Source: Tubiluchus corallicola (Eukaryota; Animalia; Priapulida). Taken from it: a stretch of DNA of 64,000 nt. Below, in pieces: positions 1 through 13,700 of this stretch. The translations under genes and the position numbers were made by a program. Numbering within the stretch: position 1 is the stretch's first letter; every line of letters starts with the position of its first letter. The DNA is taken from contig JAQGDQ010000006.1 in the NCBI GenBank assembly GCA_030141605.1, positions 248,001 through 312,000 of the forward strand. Direction: 5' to 3'. The notes beneath the pieces are model-generated. The model was not told where the DNA came from. It searched no databases and saw only the letters and a program-made list of their open reading frames with translations.

Positions 1-1750
1 AATCACTTCCTCTATGGACTGGCCTATACTGTTATTTGTAGCTTCTACTGTCTTAGATAAAATAAAGGACATTTGCTGTGCAAGTTAGTGTAAATAGTTT
101 CTCTAAACAGCAAATGTTGTAGACCCTGATTTAAACGTGTGCATTTCCATTCTACAGGGTAGTAGAATATTGCCTACCTATTAATATTTCATTTTGTGTA
201 TGTGTATTTTTCTCAATTTACGTTATAATACTGTAAAGTGATGAAACTAGTCACGTAATCAAGCAATCATTTTGTAAAATTTTTGTCGCATTAATACTGA
301 CATTCTAGATGGAGATTTCTTGTCTTTTTTTGTAAAATTATGGAAGTGGGATAACGAGCATGCACTGAGTAATGCTTCACCTCAGTTACTGTATCTACTG
401 AAACTGAATGCTCCCAAATAAGCTAGCAGTCAAATATTAATAACTAATTCAATCGATGTTTTAGTTATTGCTTGATAAACTAGCGATTATTATTGCTGCT
501 ATAGCTGTTTAATTTTGTTTGTTATTGTTTGCAAAAATTATCATAATTATATACAGTATTTCAAGATGGGTTCACTAGAATGTTTTCTGTATTGTGTGAA
601 AGACTTGCAGAATGGAAATGTTTTAGAGGTCTTAATAGCCCAAGGTTAAGGCGGTGCCTTACAATCAAGTGAAAAGTTTGTTTGAGATCGCTTGTTAAAC
701 TAAGAAGTATGTTTGAGATTACTTGTGAAACTGCAGTCATGCGCTCATATTGCTGGCACCCTGCTTTAGTGACTTGACTATATACTCCGGTGGCGAATCA
801 GTAGCATCATATCTTTTTCCTGGTTTTCACTAGAATGATAGAATCTCGTTATAGAAATTCAACTCGGACATTGAACTAACATCTTAGCTTTAATTCAATG
901 TTCTTAACTTAGTCAAATTGGCCATTAACCGTATCACTTGAATGTAAATGCATTGGGACGAAACTCATTTGCTTACTAGTTTTAAAAATCAGGAAATAGT
1001 TGAAATTACAAAAGTAAAAGTAAGACAATAACTTCCTCAGTTGATCTCATGCAAGGTTCGAATTCAATCTCAGTTCTGTCTACATATGTCTATCTACTAG
1101 TTGTTTTGCCCTCACAGTTATTATCATTATATTATATACTTGGACACCATTTGTATTGATCAAGCTGAAAGGTAATCTGATCATTAAAAACAAATTTAGA
1201 CACCAGTTAATCATCGATTATTTCTGTTTCAAAGAGATTGCTATTCCGTTCAAAATTCATAAAGAGCGAAAAGCCTGTTACAGATTGTATTGGAATTGTT
1301 TTGATAATATCAGTATTCAGCGGGAAGCAATAGCAATGTAAACAGAGAAGGGCTGTAACATAAACAACTTTGAATTTTGTCACATGCATAGTGCTTGAAT
1401 AAATCCTGACAACATCAGAAATTGCAGACATTTTTATTTGGTAGGCTTATATGTATTACCTAAAAGATGGTGTGTTCTGATTATTTTCTTTTATCTGATG
1501 TACTTTTTTGGTGTCTTTGGCTTCAGCACATTATTAGTAACTGTGAAGCATTTGATCTGAAAATTAAAGATTCCAAGAAATGCTCCTAAAGACTTTGCAC
1601 TTAAAACACTTGTGACTTTAAAGTAAGCAGTTATAGCTCCGGTGTTGGTTTAATAAATGAATTATCACACAATCATTTTTGTTAAGTTTTGTAGTTTTCA
1701 GTAGTCACTGAGCACATTTAAAGAAATGGGTTTTTCTTCATCTGTTTCAG

Positions 1751-4700
1751 ATTTAGCAAAGGAAAAATTTATTCATACATTGGTGAAGTCTTGGTATCAG
1801 TTAATCCATATAGGAATATAGACATTTATGGAGATGCAGTCGTTCAAAGTTATAAGGGCAGGGAGATATTTGAACGACCTCCACATGTCTATGCAATTGC
1901 TGATGCAGCTTACAAGTCGATGAAAAGGCGATTCCAAGACACATGCATTGTGATATCAGGTGACACATCTTTCAAATGAATTTCTTTTGCTGTTTTGAAG
2001 TTTATCCTGGGTTGCTAAAGATCAAAATTATTTACAATTCAAAAACTGCATGTCTGTAAGCAATTGTACAACCAAACTTAAATTAAGAAAAAAGTCTTCT
2101 TTGGTTCAGAACCTCTTTGTGTGTGTGCGTGTGCGCGTGCGTGTGTGCACGTGTGTGTGTGTGTTATCTATGAGCGAGCATTCCTAGTAATTTTAATTTC
2201 TGATCATTTAAGTGCAGAATGTTTTATTTCTTAGGTGAAAGTGGGTCTGGTAAGACCGAAGCTTCCAAAATCATCATGAGATATCTAGCAGCTGTAACGA
2301 ATGTTGGACAGCGTCAAGAAATAGAGAGGTACTAAAATCTCTGAGAAAATACAACACAATTTACTTCTAAGCAATGTAACCTGGTAATCTTGCCTCTAAG
2401 TAACTGTTGTTACATTTGAAAATGTGCTTTTGCAGGTGTGACTTTTAAAATAAATACTAGATAAAAATTCTGCTGTCAGTGATGCATATGATGCATCCAC
2501 TATATTAATGTTTCTTTCACCAACTAAATACTGTCTGTTTATGTTAATATTTAGAATTTATTAAGCTGTGTTCCAAAACGAAAAATCGCTTGTGTATAAA
2601 CAGCTTGGCAGTGCTTCGTGTGGTATTCTAATGCACTTTATCGCCCTTGCAGAATATCTTCCAGTTCTGTATAGGAAATTTTATCTAACTATTTTCATAA
2701 AAATTTTAGCATTTTTTCATAGCAGAAAAACTTTAATATATTATGCACCATTATTATTTGCACTAAAAGCTTTGGTAACCCAGGGTCGATGTCACATGCT
2801 ATACAAAGATATTTTTGTAGTGGGCAGCTGTAATCGCAAATGTGTAAGCTTTTTGTTTCTTGCTTATGTGACCAAGCTGACTTGTGGTCAGGACTGTTGA
2901 TCTAGTTTGTTGATCCCCCAATTCCATCTTAATTAGAAAAAATAATGGTATCCATATGGACCAAGGCATGGCACTCACTATGTGCAAAATATAGGACTAT
3001 AGGTTACATACATATGTGAAACGATAAATTAAGCAAATAAGCATACTATCTTCTTGTTTGACTTGGTTTTTATTTGCTTTGTAGTTTTAATGATGACTAC
3101 CAGGTGCAATACTTAAATTGCTTGTTCTCTGTTTCAATATTTTTGTCATGAATTTGATTAGTTAATTTTTTTGCACTTTCATCATTTATTTGGTCAAATG
3201 ATATATATGTATGGTGTGTATTGCATATGTTAATTTTTATTATATCTTAATTTTGCATGTTTTAGGGTGAAAGACATTTTGCTAAAGTCAAATGCAATTC
3301 TGGAGGCATTTGGCAATGCAAAAACTAACAGAAATGACAATTCCAGTCGATTTGGCAAGTACATGGATATAAATTTCGATTTCAAGGGTGATCCTATAGG
3401 TGGTCATATCTATAACTATCTCCTGGAAAAATCGAGAGTTGTCACTCAACAGAAAGGAGAACGCAATTTTCATTCTTTTTATCAAGTATGTTTTAACGAA
3501 TTTGAATCACTATTTTACTTGTTGTTGTGCATTGCATTAAAATGTTGGTGTGATTTAGCTAAATCTGAGTGATAGAGTTAATGCCAGATAATTATTATTA
3601 GCTTTAGCATCAAAGAGTAACTAGTGTACTTGCAGGTTGAATAATATGCATCATTTTTTTTAAAGTCGTGCTATACTTGCTTGTTCTAATCAGGAGCTTG
3701 CTATTTTTTTTCATAGTACTGGTTCGTATTTAAATAAGTTCTACTTCATTTAACTCTGACTGCAACAAGTTTGCACAAATCATAGATAACTTACTAACCT
3801 ACCTTTAGATAAATTTACTTTTTACTCTCGTAAGTCACTGAAACTTGTACTATGCCAAACACCTATATGTGTGCTTGCAAACCAAAACCGTCCATAAGTC
3901 GGCATAGTTAAAACTACGTCATGTTGCTTCAAAGTAGAATGCAACAAAAATTTGGTCAAATGTCATCTATTTGTTTTTTATAAAAATAAACACTAAATAT
4001 ATTGGGCTTTTATATTCTAGCATCAAATTATCAAGAAAACTTTCAAAAAATACTAAAAATCTAATTTTATAACCCCTTACCCACTTTTCTGGCTAGAAAC
4101 TAGTACTACAATTGTGAAAAACTTGTATATTCAAACTTCGACAGTAGTTCATGGAAGCAATCATTTTGCTTCAGGTTTTTTCTTTTGCCAAGCTCAGATC
4201 TTTGTTTGGAAGAGCCATTTACAGGATTTAAATTTTTATGTAACTTTGATTCATTCCTGCAAAGTCCATAGCAGCCACCAGTTTATACGGTTGTTAAGTG
4301 TTTTTTTACAAGCGCGACAAAAACAATGGCATACTTTAAGAGCGATTTTCTCAAGGTTGTGTTCTTCAGCATGCAGCGTGCACCTCAACTTCAACATGGA
4401 ATATCTCAGCTTAGAAATAACATAGAGCGATGAGTTTGCTATCGAAATCATCCTCATGAACTGGAGATTCAGGATATGTGAATAACTAGAAAAGCTTAAC
4501 TGCCGACTTATGGACGATTTTGCTATGCAAGCACCCCTATGAAATAGTCACATTGAAAAAATAACATGCAGCATGTGTGAAGTAACATGTGACATACCAG
4601 TAATATATTTCTGATCTGACCTTGGAAAACCTGATGCAGTCTGTGAAAATTAACAAAGACATCAAATAAATTTGATTTATCCATAACTTATTTTCATAGT

Positions 4701-7700
4701 CAGTCTATCTTGTAATGTGTTATTTTTGGTAGAGGGACTGGACCCAGAAGTCTACATTTCTGGATGTTGTTGCTGTTGTTGTTGTTGTTGTTGGGAGAGA
4801 TGACCTTCTGAAAAAAGGCTAAGCTTATGGGAATTTGCAATGGATTATTATCATGAAACTTTACAGAAATATACTAGAATGAATTCAACATTGATTGATG
4901 GAGCCGATTTCTTATCCTCCATTTTCAATTCAGGGTCGCGGCAAAAACACTATTTTAGAAAAAAGCGTAAGCTTTTCCATTTCGCAATAGATCACCGCGA
5001 AACTTTATTAGAATATACTAGAATGCATACCACATTGAATAATAAAGTCAAATTTTCGATTTGCCATTTTGAATTCCAGATGGTGACGATAACATCATTT
5101 TCGAAAAAAGGCTACTAAAGTTCTGCCAAATCGCAATGAATCATCATGAATGTACTAGAACGACTTCTGCATCGACTACAGAGTCAGATTTTCCAATTGT
5201 CAATTTGAATTCAAGATATTTCGATTTATGAAATTTAAGTTAAAAAAAATAACGTCATTTTTGAAAAAAGTTGAGGATATAATAATTAACAATGGATTGT
5301 CGTGAAACTTTACCAGAATGCATTATAACGAGCTCTGCATCGACTGATGTAGTCAGATTTTCCATTTATCATTTTTAATTCATGGTGGCAGGGAAACATA
5401 ATTTTCGACAAAAGGCTAAGGCTCCACCAGTTTGCAATGGATCATCAACAAAATGACCATCAAATAAATGAAATTTATAGAAATATACTAGAACAAATTC
5501 TGCATCGATTAATGGAGTCGGATTTTTGATCTGCCATCTTAAATTTTAAATGGCAGCAATAACATCATTCTAGAGAAGCCTAAAGCTTGACCAATTTCCG
5601 ACAGATAATGAAATTCTGCAGGAATATACAAGAACAAATTCTGCGTTGCTCACAAAGTCGCATTTTCAATTTGCCGTCTAAGATTCTAATCCACGATCTT
5701 GAGTTCACCTAGTTCCTCAATCAAAAGTTCACGTCGAATTTGTTTCGAAAAATTGCTGCCATTTTAAGTTGTTTACGTGATTTTTTTTAATATGTTTTTA
5801 GCTTTTGTATGGTGCTCAGGATCCAGACTTGGAAAAGTTTCGATTGATAAGAGATACTAATGAGTATTTCTACATCAACCAAGGTGATTCACAAAAGGTA
5901 TTATTTTGATGTTTTTTCTCCATGTGGAGTATACATGATATTAACATTTTTAATTGTATAAACTGGGTGTAAAAATAAAAGAAACCTACTACAATTTGTT
6001 TTTATTCACAAGTATGGAATTATATACGTTAACAGTCATGTAGTCTAGTAAAGACTAAATATTATTGGTATCAATTATTTTCCATAAATATTGCGTCTAA
6101 GACTAAAATGCAAGTTTTTAGGTTCCATGACTTTCGAAGTCTAGTTACCACATGCCATCGTGCAATGTTTGTCGTCCATTCACAATTTGAGTTTAAGCCA
6201 CTTATACCTGTACAACTGTTAGCCTTGAGATGTTTGGTGTGCGCTAACTTTGGGCCAAGATTATGGCCAGGATCAAAGGTCATCCTGAGGGCTTATCCAC
6301 AGCAGAGGTAAACAGGTAGAAGCCTCGACAGCTACACAGCTGTGGTGGGCATAGTTGGGAGGATTTGAGTCAGTTCAATGCGAGGAACTAGAGCCTCTTG
6401 TCATCTACTGACAACCCAATGTAGACTAATAGAACTTTTCCGCATCCTTTTGGGAGGAAGGATCAAGGGTGGTTGGTATATTAGGAGAACTAGAGTGACC
6501 TGTTACCTACTGACAATCCAGCATTGAAAAAATTATTTTAACCCAGGAGGGAGGGAGAGGGGATCCAGGATGGAGGGTATAGTAAAGAGTTTGAGTAGCT
6601 CAGCGCAAATGAATTTACAATGGCCTGTCACTTGTTGATATTCCAACATTTACAGAAAATATTTTACCCTCCTGCCGGGGGAGGGAGTATTCTAACATTT
6701 GCAGCTATAGTATTATGAAGGTAGGTTTTGTCTTGCAAAGTGTGTTGGGTGACAATTCCTGCAAAGACCCTTCGTCTTCCTGAGGTGGAGGGACGATCTA
6801 GGATAGTAGCTACAGTAGGAGAATATATAGTCAGCTTGTGGATGAGAAAGTTTTGTATAAAATTTGGAAAGCAGTTACAGTGACCTGTCACATATTCGCA
6901 ACTCTTTTGCGACAAAACTATTTTATCTACCCCCCCCCCCCCCGACCCCAGGGAGGGAGGATCCAGTGTTCAAACAATTGCAACTGTAGTGTTATAAAGG
7001 CAGGTTTTATCTCACAAAATATCAAGTATATGAGCTAGATAATCAGTGAGAACTTTCGGGCGATGACATTCAGTGACCCAGGGACAAAGGAAAAAGTTGC
7101 CAGATGTATCTAATAAATGCCAGCTGTATGAAACTTGCTGCGAGAAGAAATTTCGATGTGAAAACTGCTTGACTTTGTAAGATGCGGAGACACCGCTGGG
7201 AAATTAGTGCTGTTTGCATACCTTTATTGCCTGTAAGGTTTTATAAAAGAAATTTGGCCAAAGAGAATGGTTTAAATAAGAAATTTGATGCTTGATGCAA
7301 ACATTTTACAGTTTTGGCTACACATTCTGTATGATCATTCCTATAAAATATCATGATTCTTATTTGCAATAACAAAAGAAAACAACAAATTTTTAAATTT
7401 ATTTCAGTTTGATAGTTCTATATTCTGTATTGTAGAATATTGCCCTGAATATAAAATCTTGCCTGCCTCGAATATATAGTAGATGGCTGTAGTGGAACCG
7501 GCATCTGTATCATTATCACAGAAAGTCTTTCAGTTGTGACACAGAGGTGATGAAAAATCAAAATCAAAACGAAAAGTATTATGCAACCTAGGCCTGCCCT
7601 ACAAACAGATGTTCTTAAGATTTTGCAGCAGTCATTCCTGTTAGTGGCACCATAACTTTGTGTTAACATTTGCTTTTATTTCTAAACACCAGTTGTTTGA

Positions 7701-10700
7701 CAATAGGCTACATTAATAATTATGCTTTTGGAAGATTTTGCTCTTAGAAATGTGTATATTTACATATAATATTATGTTACTATTTTTATTTGCACCCTTG
7801 AGGCACTTTACCATCTGGACCAAATGTAAACAAAATTTGTGGCCCTGCTCCGTGAACTTATGGGAAAAAGCCATGTACAGTGGTCATTTCTAGTTATGAA
7901 AACTTTGATTCAGAAGTTAGAACCATGGTTTGAAAATCCATAATAAGTTGTAAGTTGTATTCTTACTGATCTTGTGAGAATTCACATGGACAAGAAAATG
8001 TTGTATTTAGTTATAGTTTTGTTTTTGCAAGCTATAAGTAAAATGTCAAGAATTGTATAACATTTATATTTATTGTATAATACTAAATTATGTGTCACTG
8101 AGCAGTCTAAAATGTGTTTTTCTCCATTTGCATTACAGGTGCCCACTATAAATGACCGTCAAGACTACAAAACTGTCATGGCAGCTATGAAGGCAATAGG
8201 CTTTGCATTCAACCATGCTGAAACTTTGTGGAAGATTGTTGCTGCCATTTTACATTTGGTAAGTATCAACAAACTTTTTGCATTATCCAGTCTATGTTTT
8301 TGGAAAGTTACTGGATAACTAGATATATTTTAATTGAAGATTACTTGAAAAATAGTTTTTATGAGTGTTGCAATGTTGAAATTTGTTGAGGTGTGCTGTA
8401 ATTTGTAAGACTCGGACAATTTTCATATATAAAGGCTTTGCATATTTAGTGTTAAAATTGTTTGAATATATATTTACCTTTTTATGTTCTCAGAAATATA
8501 CATAATAATACAAAGATACAATTAATAGCATAAAAACTATGATAGCGAAATCAGGCATTACAGACACTTTGAGCAATACCTCATCTAATCAAGTTACCAA
8601 ATTATTTTAAAAAGCTGAGAATGCATATTGTTAACACTGGACTAAATTTAAGTAGCCATCTTCCAATGGAATGTATATTTCAGGGCAATATAGAGTTTGC
8701 CCAAGAAGAAGACCACACCTTAGTGACTACCAAAGACAAGTTAAAGATTCTTTCCGAGTTGATGGGTGTTACAGAAAATGACCTGCAGGAGGCGCTGTGC
8801 TCTCGAGTAATTGCTGCACGTGGAGAAGTAGTGAATAAGGTGCACACTGTACCTGAGGCGCTGTATGGAAGAGACGCTTTTGCAAAGGTCTGTATATTAA
8901 ATAATTATCATTTGCAGTATGGTATATGTGTCAATGAAATTTACAGTTGGTACCAAACAGATACAAAATCAACCCAAACTACTACGAGACTGACTTACTC
9001 AAGTTAATGTGAGACAATTATTTAGATCAAATATGGCAAGTCGTATCATTATATGCTGCATCTTTTCTCCATTCTTAGGCTTTGTATGAGCGAATGTTTT
9101 CTTGGATAGTGAAGCGAATAAACCAGGCTATAGAAGTCAAACCAAATGGCTTTCGAAATTCGATGATTGGCAAGCACACAGTGATCGGTGTACTTGACAT
9201 TTACGGATTTGAAGTTTTTGATAATAATAGGTAAGCTAACCAAGTACTTAAAATAACATAAAGAAAGGTCAGACCTTAATAAAATCATGTTGTGTATTAC
9301 ACTGTGTTATTGTTCTGCAGAAATTGCATAATATTTGGTATAATGTATTTGTTTTTTAAGTTTGTTGGACAAGTGCTGCGGGTAACTAATTATTAAGTAC
9401 CTTGTTTAGGAATTGCTAAGATACAACTTTTAATACACGATTCTCAAAGAACATATAATAATGAATACAGAGTGAGCAGTTTGTTTATGATTGTGTAGTA
9501 TTTTTATTTTGTGTAGATTTGAAGTAGCAAGTGTTCCTTTTGTTTACACTGGTGTTTAGTATTTATATAATGGTAACATATCTGCTTTAATGATAACATT
9601 ATATTTACATGTTTTATCTTTCAGTTTCGAGCAATTCTGCATCAACTACTGCAATGAAAAACTTCAGCAATTATTCATTGAGCTGGTGTTGAAACAAGAA
9701 CAGGAAGAGTACACACGAGAGGGCATAGAATGGCAAAATGTATGTATACAATATTAATGTATTTTAATAATATTTCAAAAATGTTTGTTGTGTTGATTTG
9801 TGTTACTCCATTTTTAGTCATTTCATTTGCTGGAAAAACCTGAAGGTCCTCTAACTTTCCTGGTTTTTTGGGACTGAGTTTTTGTTATTCTTTTAGATGA
9901 AAGCTTTTTATACCTGATAAACTTTTATACCTGAGAATTTTTATTTTAATTTCATTCTTCTGCTTCAGCTTCCATTTATGGCTGAATAGTATCTCATGTT
10001 TTTGATATTTGCATCAGAATTGATGAATGACTATATTTGTTAGGTCGACTACTTCAATAACCAAATTATCTGTGATCTGGTTGAACAAGCACACAAGGGT
10101 ATAATTTCTATCTTAGATGAAGCCTGCTTAAACGTTGGTAAAGTTACAGACCAGGTAAGAAAATGACCAACTGTATCAGCAAATTGTTTAGTGTAAATTT
10201 TTGTTTTGGTACATAATGCAAAAATGACTGCTATTCAATACTTGAACAGAACGAACAAAATTTTAGACATTTACAATAGTACAGGAAAGAAACAATCTAA
10301 AATTTGGAAAAACAATGACAATACACGAAAACCAGCAGCAACATAAACTTGTGTAATAGTTTACTAAATTGGTTGTAATAATCATAATTAGAATATTTTT
10401 CTTACCTAGGCTATCAACTGAAAAACGCCCTGACTTTATCTGATCATACAGAAAATGTAGCTCCGCATTCCAAACCATATGCAGTTAGTCATAGATATCT
10501 TTGCATTTACGGTGGCATAATCAACAGCCAGTTTTTGCTGATACTGATACAATCAACAATCATGTCAGCTCATATGAAGTGCATGAGTTATAAAATTATG
10601 AAAGACGTTTTAAATTTCTTAGCTGCGAGTACCTTGCTGAGTGCGGTACATGTGAAAAAAGTAAAATATTCAAATACCGCAAATGGCAATTTATTAAAAT

Positions 10701-13700
10701 ATTTAACAACAGTTCACGAAAGTGTGGTAAGAAAAGCAGATTAAACTCAGTCGCATCATAGAAAAACTGATGCCACTGGGATTTGGAGGCTGTACAGCCA
10801 TTAAAAAATGCTAAACTAATCAAGTTATATGCCAAAGGTGATTTGCCTCTTCAGCTTACATAGTGTTTCCTCCATTTTCTCTGTTTCTCTTATAATTAAT
10901 TAGTATTAGTCTGTTACTTTGGGCAATTTGTATTTGCTGAATGCTTTGCTCATACATTGTCTTACTCTTGGACTACTTGTGTTTTATATTTACTGTATAT
11001 TTATATTTATTGTATATTGTAAAATGAAGGAACTAAAGGAGTTTATTAATAATTTTCTCTCTAGTTTTTTTATTTATTTAAGTCGATGAAAGTAGATGTT
11101 TTGAAAGTAGATATAGATCCATGTTAAGTAGATAAGCTCTGTGAATTTAATAATGTCTGCACTCAGTGCACTACTTTTCAACTTACACATTTAGTGGTGA
11201 GCTTTAGGGATGGTATTCTTACAGCAGGATAAAAAATGTAAGAATCTGCTTAATTGCTGTTTTAATTGCCCTGCTGCCCCAACAGGACACTGCTACAATT
11301 GTATGACATTTCAGAAATCATTTAATTATGACTTTCACTACATAAGCCTTGGCTTATAATTAGTTCGCATGATTCCAAAACATGTTAATAACTCTAACAT
11401 AAGTGTAAATTTTTAAGCTTTTGAGTTTTAAACCTGTATAGAATTCATTGGCTAAGTCACATATCATTTTAGATGTTCTTGGAAGCCATGGATCAAAAGC
11501 TTGCTAAACATGAGCATTATACGTCCAGACGGCTTCAAACTAGTGACAAGACGTTGCAGTTTGGAAAAGATTTTCGTATTAGACATTATGCCGGTGATGT
11601 CATATACATTGTTGACGGCTTCATAGACAAAAACAAAGATACACTCTTTCAAGATTTCAAGCGATTGTTATTTAACAGGTACCTCTGTCAATTTGTTAAG
11701 TTTGTACAGAAGTAAGATTATATTTTGATCAAGTCATGACAGATGTTGAAAATTCGTACCAAAGGTAAAACTGTGTTGATAATAGAACGTACATGTAATA
11801 TTGTTTTACCTCCATCTTTTCGTCTTTGTTTAGTTTTGCAGTTTGAAAATGTGTTAAATAAGAATGTTTTCTTTTGTATAATAATAATGATGTTTCATGT
11901 TTAGTGAGCATGAGCTTCTGCAGATGATGTGGCCAGAAGGTGGGAAGCACATTGCAGAAGTCACAAAGCGTCCAACTACAGCAGGGACAATGTTCAAAAA
12001 TTCCATGATAGCCTTGGTAGACCTTTTATCAAAGAAGGCATGTTTTCATTTATTAATTTCTAATGTTAGCTCTAACAGCTAATCAAAGACAGTTCAAATT
12101 CTGATTACATTTTCTGACTTACATTTTGCAGGAGCCGTACTATGTGCGGTGCATTAAACCAAATGAACTGAAATCACCGGTGGTTTTCAACTATGAAAGG
12201 GTGCTACATCAAGTTAACTACTTGGGTCTGCTTGAGAATGTTAGAGTTAGAAGAGCTGGTTTTGCATATCGAATGGCCTATACGCGATTCTTGGCAAGGT
12301 ATTTTATTTGGATTTCCAGGTCTATTGATATTATCAATAGAAGATGTTAAATGTGCAGTAAGAATGCTTCAATGAATTTTTTGAAGCACGATTTTACTAA
12401 TGTACTGTTCAGTGATTTAACAAAATAATTCATTTCAAATTTGAGCTCTGTTGAATAATTCTCTTAAAACATCTTCAATGTAGCTTTTCGGAATTGCTGT
12501 AATAATTGTTTTAAAATATATGCTATATTTTTACAGCTTCCATTAATGATGCAATGTCTAAACTGACAGTGCAACAATAATTGTTGTATATATTAAGTAT
12601 GAATGTTCGAATAAATGATGATAATTATAACTCAGTACAGCAAGCGACAGGAGTTAGAGTAATAATACTTAATAAATTAGTTATTGATTCACATTTCAGG
12701 TACAAAATGATTTCACAGTATACCTGGCCAAACTATCGTGGTCTTGACAGGGAAGGTGTGAAAACTCTGATTGATCAGTATGAGTTTGCTAATGATGTGA
12801 AATATGGGAAGACAAAGATTTTTATCAAATCACCACAAACCATTTTCTTCTTTGAAGAAGAAAGAGCTAAATATATTCCAGGAGTTGTCATCTTTCTGCA
12901 GAAGGTTTGTACTGGTTTTGGCTGACGATAAATTAAGCTGTCTGCAAGATTTCTTGTAATTTTTCTTTGTATTATTATTTGTTAATGCTTTGTTAATCAC
13001 ACACTACATTATGTATCATAATTCACTACAGTATATGATTAAAGGCAAAGTGCTGTTTAGTAAATTAAGATGCATTATACATTAGTTAAGTTATAAAAAA
13101 TGTTACATCTTGTACTAATAATTGTGCTAAATAATTACAGTTGTACTTTGTTTAGATATGGAGAGGAACTTTGGAACGGAAGAGATATAAGCAGAAGGTT
13201 GCTTTGTTGAAGATCATGGGCTGTTACAAGCGATATAAGCTGCGATGTTTCATGAAGGACCTCATCCAAAGATTCCAGTGAGTAAAATTTGTTTTGTAAC
13301 TCTTTGAAAAAAGAACAGTTTAGTATTTTATCATTGAAATTGATAAAGCTTGTTATTTGTCTGTTTGTTTTCTAGGAACGTGAGAAGCATGCCAGGATAT
13401 GGAAAAGATGTGCATTGGCCTGAGCCTCCAAAAGTTTTAGAAGTGTTTGTTCACGATCTGAAACGTGTGCACAATCGGTATGTTTTTTGATGTTACAACT
13501 ATTTTGTAGTATAAAAAATATATCAGAAATATTCTGAATGCAGTCATTTTACTGCAATGTATATGTCTGCTTATTTTTCTCAGATGGCGTGGTTATATGA
13601 TGATAAAAGACATTCCAAGAGAAACATGGCCAGAGGTCGAGAAGAAATGTTGTGCTTGGGATGCGTTGGCTGGACGTCGTGCAGAATGGGGCATTCGATT

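Noticed and set aside
4800-6990. Repeat arrays as CRISPR-like loci
   Set aside because: Eukaryotic intron; units are long, degenerate and lack unique spacers or cas genes
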